In this document: positions 17,301 to 25,907 of the stretch, piece by piece | How the letters are laid out: each line of letters starts with the position of its first letter | Position numbering within the stretch: position 1 is the first letter of the stretch | Position numbers and translations under genes: made by a program | Origin: Asanoa ishikariensis | GTDB lineage: Bacteria; Actinomycetota; Actinomycetes; Mycobacteriales; Micromonosporaceae | NCBI RefSeq assembly: GCF_900107455.1 | Contig: NZ_FNQB01000004.1 | Location: 280,193 to 320,192, forward strand | Reading direction: 5' to 3' | DNA: 40,000 nt | Notes under the pieces: generated by a model | Seen by the model: the letters and a program-made list of their open reading frames with translations, nothing else | Database searches by the model: none | Told to the model about the DNA's origin: nothing

Positions 17301-18734
17301 GGTGGTCGACAGAGGGCTGACCCGGGAAACCGGGTCGACTCGTAGGGCGATGGCATATTCGCGGCCCTCCTCCTCCATATCATCGGGATGGGGAGTGAGG
17401 TAGTCGACGTCGTGCCGGTCGATGCCGGTGAGTTCGCTGAAGAAATCAGCGGCGTCGCGAAGCGTCGCGCTCAGGCCGACCATCATCGGTTGCTTACCGA
17501 GCCTGCTGCGCCATCGACGCATCAACAGAGCGACCTGGGCGCCGTGCATGCCACTGTACGTATGCGCCTCGTCGAGCAGGACCAAGCGTGGTCCCCGCGG
17601 TCCCGACCACCCGAGCAGGGGACCGTTCCGACGCTCTGTGCTGTGGAGGTTCAGCATCTCGGTGGTGGTGAACAGTAGGTCGGGTGGATTTCGGTGCAAG
17701 CCGTCCCGAGTGAGAATCAGGTGCTCGATCACCGGCTGGTCGCAATGCGGGTCGGCACACTGCAGCCGCTCGCGTGGCTGAACCGCAGTCCGGTCGACCT
17801 CAGCCCAAACCAGGTCGCCCCGGCAGGTGGGACACTTGAGGTATGGGCAAACGGCATTCGTGCCCTGTCGTCGCCAGGCTCCATCACCGGGACGGATCAG
17901 CCGGCGATCGGTCGCGCTGTAGACCGTGTCGCCGTAGAGAACTCCAATGCGGAGAGTCCGGCTGCCGTGCGAGTTCTGTGCCTTGTTGATCACGGCGGTG
18001 TTGCCCACCGCTTCGCGGAGTTGGTCACGCAGAAGCTCGTTACGCGGGTACAACGCCAGCGTGTGAACCCCCGTGCCGCCGGCGTGGGCGTGGTCGGTCA
18101 TCGCCAGCAACGCCGGCAGGTAGAAAGAGAGCGTCTTCCCGCTACCCGTGCCTGCGCCGACGATCACGGCCCGTGCCGCACCGGCCGTGAGGTTCTCGCG
18201 GATGGTGACGCTGGCGGCGACCTGGAACCCAGCCAGTTTCCGACCGCCCAGAAGGGCTTCCACGACCGCGCTCTGCCGAGCGTCGAGGCCCGCGTGGCCG
18301 GCCGACGAAAGCCTCGCGAGCACGTCCGCGGTGGGAATGTCCCGGGCTGGGTACCGGCGCCGGTTCACGTGCAGCCGGTAGTCGGCAACCAGGCGCGCCG
18401 ACCTCTCCCACCAACGGCCTACCCGTTGGTCGCCTCTAGGAGGAAAGATTTGGCGCAGCGAGGCGGTCAGGCGGACCGCCTCACCGAGGCGGGTCCGGTA
18501 GCTACGTGGTGAGCTTTGCGGCACCTCGAGCACCAGGCCGCGATCAACCAACTCGTCCATCACCTCGTCCGACGACAGATCCGGCGCGCCGCGCTTGTCG
18601 AGGTGGTGATCGATGACGGTCATCAGTTCGTCGCGGGAGATGACTCCGCTGGTGATCCCCCAGGTCAGCAGCGGCAGCTCGAGGTTCTCCAGGTCATCGA
18701 GAATCTCGGAGGTGAAACGTAGGCGGTCGTTCAC
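14325..18734 (-). CDS. dpdJ: Large DEAD/DEAH-box helicase (about 1469 aa) with a Cys4 zinc-ribbon insert and a long C-terminal region, DpdJ-like
   Basis: C-terminal part of track ORF 14325..19058. GTG 18734 is preceded by GGAGGG and overlaps the upstream stop (GTGA). Motif I GAGTGSGKT, motif II LLDEAHTYSG, motif VI QRRGRAGRR. CPYLKCPTC...CADPHC lies between motifs Ib and II. About 700 aa after the helicase core has no motif I recognise. Confidence 0.75.
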   Translation of the reverse strand: MNDRLRFTSEILDDLENLELPLLTWGITSGVISRDELMTVIDHHLDKRGAPDLSSDEVMDELVDRGLVLEVPQSSPRSYRTRLGEAVRLTASLRQIFPPRGDQRVGRWWERSARLVADYRLHVNRRRYPARDIPTADVLARLSSAGHAGLDARQSAVVEALLGGRKLAGFQVAASVTIRENLTAGAARAVIVGAGTGSGKTLSFYLPALLAMTDHAHAGGTGVHTLALYPRNELLRDQLREAVGNTAVINKAQNSHGSRTLRIGVLYGDTVYSATDRRLIRPGDGAWRRQGTNAVCPYLKCPTCRGDLVWAEVDRTAVQPRERLQCADPHCDQPVIEHLILTRDGLHRNPPDLLFTTTEMLNLHSTERRNGPLLGWSGPRGPRLVLLDEAHTYSGMHGAQVALLMRRWRSRLGKQPMMVGLSATLRDAADFFSELTGIDRHDVDYLTPHPDDMEEEGREYAIALRVDPVSRVSPLSTTIQAAMLHARLLDVRGSESLYGSRGFVFTDDLDVTNRLFNDLSDAEGQAPGQRKTPQVLAGLRSKDGATNEQYVDGQSWDLVHRIGRDLDPQLVRHGLRVARTSSQDSGVDQDADLVVATASLEVGVDDERVGLVLQHKAPRDAASFLQRRGRAGRRRLTRPWTVVTLSDFGRDRLTYQAYDQLFAPELPARRLPVNNRFVLKIQATQALLDWLGRRASCDSRKVVRAPAANATQVQGTEAVLNRLRDLLDNQELQEDLAVWLRRALDIPADEVTALMWEPPRSLLLGVVPTILRRLESNWRASEPGARPGSLLPEFVTRTLFDPLNLPEVTFRLPFRTADDESMPIESALREAVPGRVSRRYGHRSSYDRTWLPLPGPRDGGGLEITSFVEQYDDEGRWQPPGQRSIHVLRPHVIKLAEPPRDVKDQSQGIPVWESHFVPDHLYGGAIPKASLWEERVRSVGFATSAAGNPVEVRRMTTGASCTTQIGTERTTSKVEYRHHGEPAALGFRLDVDAIKFTIAAVDPSDERVAAYVRSPQWRFLAFKAALLSDPELDDHVNVFARGWLALVYTTAYALKRCGGGPNDPELAHGSLSDGRWSDQVDQVLNAIYRSEGSTGPDRLTNDLRHLATLKVVREAVDRHSRLLWCDDIGDQTADLAQRAYRDTVAAAILAAAQRACPDAQDGDLTVDVIAPETADGVTTIWLSETALGGLGLVSQLVPYYQQDPRRFWSLVDNALAPSDYEYLHDTLTQLLRRVVDDPQSAAARQIEVLRDPPSAGAAEDALRELKRAWAAIDGHPRQQAVSALSGRLLRKGTDRNTDRLVLELMRVWDETQTRLGFEVDAAVFSYLASTGHIAVPGLDIHRFAADQVYSMLWPRGADARSQQLVHYQPFAPSPLLDRLLVQAAHDERMTQIDITDPGWRERYATEINRSGAVQLIAPVETMTDLTSAMRLVPTIAVDHGALRVYGQVRSVAREAGKIRCVVEIREFVQ

Positions 18735-19402
18735 GACACCCTCCGCCGGACTTCGATCGTCGAGCCAAGCTTGTGCTGGTGAATCAGCGTGAGGTCGTCG
18801 GCCGTCAACTTGTCGAACGTTGTCCCAGCGTTGAGCCGACCGAAGAGTTCGACAAGTTGCGGGTCCGGATCCGGCGCCTCGTCGAGCCGCTCGCGAAGGC
18901 TGTCGTGGATCAACCGGAACTGAGTGATGGCTGCGGCGCGCGGTTCGCCGTTGCGGAACTTCTCGAGGTCGCGGAGGGAGAGATTCGCGTCGTGGGCAGC
19001 CTTGCCCTCGAGCATGACGCGCCGACCTACCTGTAGCTCCCCCAGGCGCGCGTCGCACCAGTCGACCCAGGCCTGCTTCAGGGTGGCGCCGATCTTGGTG
19101 CTTACCTCAGACACGGTGTTGATCGCGCCATCTAGAGCCTTGTTGGAAGGCACGCCCTTGCCCGAGCGGCCGCGGAACGTAGCGAGCCCGGCATCGGCAT
19201 CCGTCAGGTCGATCGCCGCGCCCTTGGCGTTGAGTTGCCGTGCGGCGTCGAGCACGACCCGGAGTTGATCTAGGTTCTTCCGGAGTGTATCGATCTTTGT
19301 GTGCACCGCGAACTCGTTTACTTGGTCCGACTGGCTGACCGCGATCCGGCGGGCCTCGGCGGCGAGCAGCAGCGCCTTCTCGCTTACCGACTGGTTACTC
19401 AC
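18731..19402 (-). CDS. 223-aa predicted coiled-coil protein; DpdI-position candidate
   Basis: Track ORF 18731..19402. The GTG start overlaps the upstream gene stop (GTGAGTAA). Helical and charged sequence with no catalytic motif recognised. Assignment is by position only. Confidence 0.45.
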   Translation of the reverse strand: MSNQSVSEKALLLAAEARRIAVSQSDQVNEFAVHTKIDTLRKNLDQLRVVLDAARQLNAKGAAIDLTDADAGLATFRGRSGKGVPSNKALDGAINTVSEVSTKIGATLKQAWVDWCDARLGELQVGRRVMLEGKAAHDANLSLRDLEKFRNGEPRAAAITQFRLIHDSLRERLDEAPDPDPQLVELFGRLNAGTTFDKLTADDLTLIHQHKLGSTIEVRRRVS

Positions 19403-22400
19403 CTGACTTCTCCAGCTCCGTCATGTCGCCCACGATCTGCTGCCACTCGGTGTGCACCTTGCGCACCTGTTCGGCCAGGTCCTCGCCCCGCCCGCCGGCG
19501 TGCTTCGCCGCCGCCTCCAGGCCGAACTGCAACCATGCGTCGCACTCCTTGAGGAAGGCCATCAGCGATCCCAGATCTGCACCCCGGTCTCGGACAGCCG
19601 TGGTGATCTGGATCCGTTTCCACTCGTTGTCCTCGGCATTTTCCAGTCGTTCGAGGTCCCGTCGCACCTGCTCGATGACCTGGGAGTTTCGACCGCGTAC
19701 GGCCTTGAGCTTCGCAGGGAAGCCCGCCACAAGGTCCTCACCACCGGGCAGCAGACCCGTGGCCTTGGCCTCCTTGAACGCCTGGTTGACCGCGTCCAGG
19801 GTCTCACTCACGTTCACGCCGGCGGGGATCCACCCGGATAGTTGTTCGCTGATGACGCGCAGAGCACTGTTCTGTTGTTCCACGAGTTCGTCGAACTTTG
19901 TGAGTGGCGCGTTCGCGTCCCGATACCACTTGACTGCTTCCGACTTCGCGATGGACCAATCTGCGGCCGCCTGCCGGATGAGTGGCATGATGCGGGCGGC
20001 ATCGAGGATTCGGGCGTTGAGGCCGCTCGTGCCCTGGCGCGCGCCCAGTAGTTGGCGCAGGTCCGCCACCATCGCGGGCCGGGCGGACCGGTGCTTGGTA
20101 AGGGCGGTGTTCCAGCGGTCCGACCGTATCGCGGCGTCGCCGAGTTCCCAGGTGATGCCCTCGTCGAAAGCCGCGGCGACGAGCTCGGTGTCCTTCATGC
20201 CCGGCCATGCGCGGCCGGCCAGGGCGGCGCCCATCAGAGACACTCGAAGCGCGGCGACCAGCCGGTCGTCCTCCGCGCTGCGAACGCGTAGCACGGCTGC
20301 GATGACGTCAGGCTGGTGCAGTTCGGCGAGGCGGGCGAGCCGCGGCAGAGCCGATTCGTTTCCGGGGGCGTCGGCCTTTGCTTGGAGGGTCAGCAGATGT
20401 TCGAAGAAGACCGCATTGTGCTGGTTCCGAACGAAACGAATCGGAGCGCCCGCGCTTTGCGCCTCTCCTGCGGCGTTCTCGATCGAAACCACCGATGAAG
20501 CGTTTGGCCATGCGGTCTTTTTGATGTCCGCTCCTGGTTCGGCCATCAGCGGCGTGCTCCAGTCGCAACGGCTCATTACCGCCGTACCGACGATTTGACG
20601 GATCCTCATAGCCGCGTTCTGTTCCAGCGGCTCGCGCCCGGCCGCCCACTCCAGAACGGATTTCACGTTGGCCTGCAACGATCTCGTCCAGTTTGCCCTG
20701 TGATCATTCGGCTTCTTGGGCGGCAGTCGTGGTGGTTCGTCGTCCAACTGCTCGAGAACTCGGCGCCCGGCGACATTGAGTTCAGGGATGGCGAAGGCCT
20801 CGTGGATACCGGAAGCCAGGTTAATCACCTCGGCGGGAGCACCGCCCCAAAACTCCAGCATGACCGTCCGGCGGGCAGAGTCGACCGCATCCAGTTTTTC
20901 AATCTCGACCGCGACGAAAGGCGAGAGCGGATCCTCGCCGCGCGCCAACGGGAACTGCTCCTGGAAACGACTACCCGGAAAACGTCTGTCGGCCAGGTCC
21001 TCTGCGTCCTCGAGCACCGGACGAATCACCCGGCCGATGATCCGGCGAGGGTTGAAAGTGTCTAGTTCGCCCCGGGCGGGGGTGCTCCGAATAGCTCGCC
21101 GAAGCGCGTGCCAGTTGAAGGGGAATAAGCCGTGCCCGCTTGGGGAGACACCGAACGCCTCATGACAGCTGTCGCGGAACTTGCAGTCGACGCACGCGTT
21201 CGGCACTTCGGCGTTGTAGGCGACGCCGGCGGCTTCCAACCGGTCTACCCCGATGCGCGCGGCGTTCAAGTATCGCCCGACGAAGTCCTCGGTTTGCCTT
21301 CGTCCCTCCGTGTCCGCGTCGAAGTCGGTGTCGAGGTCGTAGACGTACGGGGTGGCTGCCTCGATTCGGGTGACGACGGTCTTGGTGAGCGTGAGGTAGT
21401 AACCCGACGTGATTGCCATCAGCGTCCGGACCGGTGCATAGATTTGCCGTCCGTCGCGAACACCTGCTTCGATCAGGACCTCAAGCAGGTCCTGCTGCAA
21501 ACCTTGGATGACCGCGAAGTCCTCGATCAAGAGGACGAGTTCCTTGCCCTGCCGCTGATACTCCTCGCGAATTGTCAGCATGGCGTCCTGGAGCCGGCCG
21601 CCGAGCTTGAACACCTGCTGCACCGCGGTGGAGAGATTTTCAGTGATCAGGTCCGCCGCCGCAGTCTGCAACTCCGGCCGACTCATGATCAGAGTGAGTA
21701 GTGAACGGACCCGCTGGGCGGCCTCGCTGACGTCGCTAATGTGCGGCAGGTCCTCTGGGGTGAACTGGGTGGGCCGGTCAGACTCGCCGTCGCCTCGGTC
21801 ATTGAGCAGGCTCGCGGCGAGGCGTGGGATCAGTGATCCGGGGTCGTCCGTTAGATGGTGCCCGACAGTCACGTCGCGGAGCACCTCAGCCAGCTTGCCC
21901 TGACTCACCAAAGCCCTGCGGGACGGGTCGGAGCCGGGTTGCGCGCCTGTGATCGCCTCGGCTAGCGCGAACAGCAAGTGTCGCTGCAAGGCCTTCTCGT
22001 CCATACCGCTGGCGAGATCGTCGACCTGGTTGCGCAATTGGGTGAGCTTTTCGCTATGGATGTCGCTGCGTTCAAGCAGGATCCGAACGAGCGCCCGTAG
22101 ACTGGTGCTGGCCTTGGGGATATGGATGATTACCCGGTGGTCGACAGGCATCCGGCTGGTGCGTTCGTGGACCCATCGCACGAGGTGCGATTTCCCGGTG
22201 CCGGACTCGCCAATCACCGGCATGAGCAAGGCGCCGTTCCCCGGCGAGCGGTTCAAGAAGTCTTGCAGTACATCCTCCTCAGTCACCACCGCCCCAGCCA
22301 CGCCCTCGAGCAACTGCGGATCACGCCGCCGGATGCGCAGCGGCGCATGGGTGGCCAAGAAGACAGCGGTGGACGGGCTGACGGCCTCGGTACTCAGCGT

Positions 22401-22451
22401 CGAGATCGCGGTGGAGACCGTCCAGCAGACCCTCTCATCCAGGTCAGACAT
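19395..22451 (-). CDS. Large P-loop NTPase (about 1018 aa); DpdH-position candidate
   Basis: Track ORF 19395..22529, with preferred ATG 22451 (MSDLDERV...) overlapping the upstream stop by 8 nt. Walker A VIGESGTGKSHLV, Walker B-like LVLLIEDFAVIQG, Cys/His cluster CVDCKFRDSCH (nt about 21161-21205). Confidence 0.6.
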   Translation of the reverse strand: MSDLDERVCWTVSTAISTLSTEAVSPSTAVFLATHAPLRIRRRDPQLLEGVAGAVVTEEDVLQDFLNRSPGNGALLMPVIGESGTGKSHLVRWVHERTSRMPVDHRVIIHIPKASTSLRALVRILLERSDIHSEKLTQLRNQVDDLASGMDEKALQRHLLFALAEAITGAQPGSDPSRRALVSQGKLAEVLRDVTVGHHLTDDPGSLIPRLAASLLNDRGDGESDRPTQFTPEDLPHISDVSEAAQRVRSLLTLIMSRPELQTAAADLITENLSTAVQQVFKLGGRLQDAMLTIREEYQRQGKELVLLIEDFAVIQGLQQDLLEVLIEAGVRDGRQIYAPVRTLMAITSGYYLTLTKTVVTRIEAATPYVYDLDTDFDADTEGRRQTEDFVGRYLNAARIGVDRLEAAGVAYNAEVPNACVDCKFRDSCHEAFGVSPSGHGLFPFNWHALRRAIRSTPARGELDTFNPRRIIGRVIRPVLEDAEDLADRRFPGSRFQEQFPLARGEDPLSPFVAVEIEKLDAVDSARRTVMLEFWGGAPAEVINLASGIHEAFAIPELNVAGRRVLEQLDDEPPRLPPKKPNDHRANWTRSLQANVKSVLEWAAGREPLEQNAAMRIRQIVGTAVMSRCDWSTPLMAEPGADIKKTAWPNASSVVSIENAAGEAQSAGAPIRFVRNQHNAVFFEHLLTLQAKADAPGNESALPRLARLAELHQPDVIAAVLRVRSAEDDRLVAALRVSLMGAALAGRAWPGMKDTELVAAAFDEGITWELGDAAIRSDRWNTALTKHRSARPAMVADLRQLLGARQGTSGLNARILDAARIMPLIRQAAADWSIAKSEAVKWYRDANAPLTKFDELVEQQNSALRVISEQLSGWIPAGVNVSETLDAVNQAFKEAKATGLLPGGEDLVAGFPAKLKAVRGRNSQVIEQVRRDLERLENAEDNEWKRIQITTAVRDRGADLGSLMAFLKECDAWLQFGLEAAAKHAGGRGEDLAEQVRKVHTEWQQIVGDMTELEKSGE

Positions 22452-23364
22452 CGGTGACGTCTCCAATCTCGACATCGGCGAACAGCCCGATACCGCCAGG
22501 TGCTGCAGGATCGAGGAATTGCATTTCATTGCTGGCGTCGGAAGAGGTGGTCAGCTTCAACCACCCGCCCTCGCGGCCCCGCTGTAGCGCGAACGCCAGG
22601 CTGTCCGCCACCTTCCGAGGCCCAACGGGGAGGCCTAACGCCACGCTGAACGCGCCGCCGGGAAAAACTGGAAGGGCGTGCAGCAGGCCGGCAACGAACG
22701 TGGGAGCGTCGAGTTTGGTGCCCGGTTTCCACATTCCGCGGACGGCTCCCCGGACCGCCCGGGTGCAGTCTGGGACCAATCCCGATGTTCCGTCATCGAA
22801 TGGCAGCAATAGCGGTTCCGCGAACCCCAGTGCGGGTGCCCAGTACGTAAAGAGGTTCCACCGCTCTTTATTCTGGAGAGGGTTGCCGAACTCGATGTCC
22901 AAAGCCTTGTATTGCTCTGCATTGAACGTTTTTGTGCTGACCGGATCCAGTTGGCTTCCTCGGGTGAGGAACCAGCTAAGGGCCCGTATGAGGTCCTTGC
23001 CGTTGGTCTGAGACGAGGGGTCGTCGACGACCTCCTTAGGCGTGACGCGAGTAAGCACACGCCCGCGGACGATGTCGTAAAAGCCGGCGATGTCATCTCC
23101 GTCGATGTCGTCGGTGAGCGCGATGACCTCGTCGTCCACAGCCACGAGGCCGAGCGCCACGGCTGTGTTCAAAGCCTTCTCGAAGATGCGCTGGCCGTCG
23201 TCCAGTCGCTCGGGTTCCTTCGTCGTGGCGAAGAGGGTGGGCGGGCTGAGCATGGCCTTGGCCTCGACCAGCCGCTGCTTGCGGCCCGGCTGAACGGCCA
23301 GATGCCGGACGAGCGCCCAGAGTGGCCGCGGCAGCGACGATTCAACGTTGATTAGGGCTACCAT
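22444..23364 (-). CDS. 306-aa protein of unknown function; DpdG-position candidate
   Basis: C-terminal part of track ORF 22444..23817. ATG 23364 (MVALINVESSLPRPLW...) overlaps the RecQ-like gene stop (TAG 23358-23360) by 7 nt. The upstream 151 codons are Arg/Pro-rich and overlap the neighbouring gene, so they are discounted. Confidence 0.5.
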   Translation of the reverse strand: MVALINVESSLPRPLWALVRHLAVQPGRKQRLVEAKAMLSPPTLFATTKEPERLDDGQRIFEKALNTAVALGLVAVDDEVIALTDDIDGDDIAGFYDIVRGRVLTRVTPKEVVDDPSSQTNGKDLIRALSWFLTRGSQLDPVSTKTFNAEQYKALDIEFGNPLQNKERWNLFTYWAPALGFAEPLLLPFDDGTSGLVPDCTRAVRGAVRGMWKPGTKLDAPTFVAGLLHALPVFPGGAFSVALGLPVGPRKVADSLAFALQRGREGGWLKLTTSSDASNEMQFLDPAAPGGIGLFADVEIGDVTDV

Positions 23365-25907
23365 GCGGGGTCCTTCGAGAGGATGTCGAGCGGGATTGCC
23401 TTGTTCATGTATCTCAGCGGTGTTCCGGGACGGTGCGGATCGGGCAGAGTCGCTGGGTGTACAAGGTAAGTGGGCGCCTCCATGCCAAGCCGCTCTACTA
23501 CAGCTTCTGGCAGGGACTCGGTGGTCTCGTCGAGAACCCAGACAAGCGCGCTCTCGTACATGCCCAGCAGGCTCGCGTCGCGATCCACGATCACGGGGTA
23601 GGGTGCGGCCCGGCGTTGTACCCGGCGCAGCAAGGGTTCTGACAGGCCAGGGCCACCCAGGACGCCACACCGCAGCCGGACGAGCTTTTCGAGCAAGTCG
23701 GGGAGCAGGTCGTCGAGATGCTCTCGCCGGCTCCAGTAGATGCTCAGCAGCGGACTGCCGCCACGATACCGGGCCAAGGGATCCGGGCGAGCGGGCCAGC
23801 GTGCGCTGGCTGGCCAAGGGAGCATCCCGCGTCGGCGCATTCCAGTCTGTTCGTCAGGTGCCCGGTGTTTCCGACAGTGGGGGCAACTGCGGCACGAGAG
23901 CCCAGTGGCCAAGGTGCCACCTTGCCACCTGAGCCGGTAGTACTCGGCGAGAATCTCTGACACGCAACGCTCGCCACGCAACAGGGATTTGAGCTGACGC
24001 AGGGCGGTCTGCTGTTGGTCGTGCACCACCTGACGTTGTGCAGTCAGCCGCTCCTTGAAGAAAAATTGGTTGTTGAGTTGGCCTTCGCGCTCACTGACCA
24101 CGCGGAGCACGGCCTGTTGGTCGACAGGCGATTCGCCGTCCTCGTCTTGGTCGCGTCGCCAGGCCGGAGCTTCCTGGCGGATCAGCCCCGCCTGCTCCAT
24201 CAGGTTGAGCAGGCGGACATTCCACTGGATGTTCCGGGCTGATTCGGCGCGCAGATAGGCTGGCAACTCCGCAAGATCGATCTCCAGCGTGGAATCCTCG
24301 GCCACCCGAGCCTTGGCGCGCATGCTCCGCCAGCGGACCCAGCCCAAGTCGTCACCGATCAGGGTCACTCGGCTGAGCCGCTCGGCCAAGTTCTTGTCCA
24401 CCGGTGCGGTGGCCATGTACGCGACGCACGCCCGCCCGTCCCGGCCGCCACGACCGACCTCCTGGTAGTAGCGGTCGATCGTCTCAGGCAAGCACGCGTG
24501 CACGACCGACCGGACGCTCGCCATATCCACGCCCAGACCGAACGCCGAGGTGCCGACAACGACGTCGAAGCGGGTGGCCGACTCATTCCCGGAGGCGTCC
24601 TCGCCGCGCCAGCCGTTGATCACGGTGCGCCGCTCAGCCTCACCGGAGTCCCCGGTCAGTTGAGTTACTCGGCCGAAACCGGCCTCGCGGAGCCGGCGTG
24701 CCCAGTCTGTGGCATCTTGGCGCGTGGTGGTGTAGAGGACCAGCGGCCGCGGCAGCGCGTTGATCGCCTCCATGACCGCGCTGTCCCGCGCATCCTGATC
24801 GGTGAAGTCGTCGACGAAGTAAATGGGCTCGGCCCGAGTGTGCGAGGCCCAGACCAACTCCACCGGGCTCGGCTTCCCGAAAGTCTCCCTGAGGGTGTGG
24901 ACCTGCGAGGCGGTGAGGGTGGCGCTCATCGCGATGGTCACCACCTGGCGCCCCTCCGGCGCAACCCTTAGCCACGACCGGCGCTTAGCCGCGATGGCCT
25001 GAAACTCAGGCCGGAAGTCGTGGCCCCACTGCTCGACGATGTGTGCCTCGTCAATGATCAGGTGGGTCAAATGACCAGCCCGCGCGGCAGCTTCCAACGC
25101 AAAACTCAGGCCGGTGGTCACAGCCTCCGGCGCCGCGATCACCATCCCTTGCTGGCCAGTACGGATGTCCTGCCGGATCGTCTCCTTCACAGCCTTGTCA
25201 AGGCTGCCGGTGTATGCGAACGCCCGTGTCGCGGCAGTCTTGTCACCGCGTTGGATAAGGCGACGGCGCAGTCGGCGCTCCATGTCCAAGGCTAGGACCA
25301 CGGTCGGCACAACCATGACCGCGACACCACCATTTCGGATTGCCGGCAGCACGGTCGCCCACGCGACCTCGGTCTTGCCCTCACCCGTCGGCAGGCAGGC
25401 GATCACGGTGCCACCGGCCGGCGCAGTGGCCAAGGTACGAGCGGCCTCTCGCTGTCCGTACGAGGAGTAATTGCCGAAGCCGAGCGCCTCGGTCCAGAAG
25501 GGATCAGCTGGCAGATCGCGCTCACGGCCAGCGACTCCAGCGTAAACGCGCGACAAATCGTCCTCGGCGGCTGCATCAGGGCTCGGTGAGGGCGACCAGG
25601 GTTCGCCGCCAATGCGTAGGCGTTCCCCGGTCGGAAGGACTGTGCAGCGGGCCGATTTCCACTGCTGCTCAGTCGGTAGGCGAGGACCTGTCGGCACAAC
25701 CAACGAGTCCTGGACGCCGGTGCGGGCCTGATGCTCGAGCAGAACCTGCCTGGTCAACGCGACGACGTCACGCCAGCGCGCTGCGCCGGTTTCCAGGCTG
25801 GCCACGGCGTCACGCAGCCGGCGACAGGTGCCGGCCGTGGGAATGTGCTCGACGTCGGGCCACGCTTGCCAGATCGACTGTGCGGTCGTCCAGTCGTCAT
25901 GCTGCAC
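23358..25907 (-). CDS. dpdF: RecQ-like DEAD/DEAH superfamily 2 helicase, DpdF-like
   Basis: Track ORF 23358..25907. Motif I CLPTGEGKTEV, motif II LIIDEAHIVEQWGHDFRPEF (RecQ-type), MSATLT, and VVGTSAFGLGVDMASVRSVVHACLPETIDRYYQEVGRGGRDG. Downstream CRSCPHCRKH zinc-like motif. Confidence 0.8.
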   Translation of the reverse strand: MQHDDWTTAQSIWQAWPDVEHIPTAGTCRRLRDAVASLETGAARWRDVVALTRQVLLEHQARTGVQDSLVVPTGPRLPTEQQWKSARCTVLPTGERLRIGGEPWSPSPSPDAAAEDDLSRVYAGVAGRERDLPADPFWTEALGFGNYSSYGQREAARTLATAPAGGTVIACLPTGEGKTEVAWATVLPAIRNGGVAVMVVPTVVLALDMERRLRRRLIQRGDKTAATRAFAYTGSLDKAVKETIRQDIRTGQQGMVIAAPEAVTTGLSFALEAAARAGHLTHLIIDEAHIVEQWGHDFRPEFQAIAAKRRSWLRVAPEGRQVVTIAMSATLTASQVHTLRETFGKPSPVELVWASHTRAEPIYFVDDFTDQDARDSAVMEAINALPRPLVLYTTTRQDATDWARRLREAGFGRVTQLTGDSGEAERRTVINGWRGEDASGNESATRFDVVVGTSAFGLGVDMASVRSVVHACLPETIDRYYQEVGRGGRDGRACVAYMATAPVDKNLAERLSRVTLIGDDLGWVRWRSMRAKARVAEDSTLEIDLAELPAYLRAESARNIQWNVRLLNLMEQAGLIRQEAPAWRRDQDEDGESPVDQQAVLRVVSEREGQLNNQFFFKERLTAQRQVVHDQQQTALRQLKSLLRGERCVSEILAEYYRLRWQGGTLATGLSCRSCPHCRKHRAPDEQTGMRRRGMLPWPASARWPARPDPLARYRGGSPLLSIYWSRREHLDDLLPDLLEKLVRLRCGVLGGPGLSEPLLRRVQRRAAPYPVIVDRDASLLGMYESALVWVLDETTESLPEAVVERLGMEAPTYLVHPATLPDPHRPGTPLRYMNKAIPLDILSKDPAW

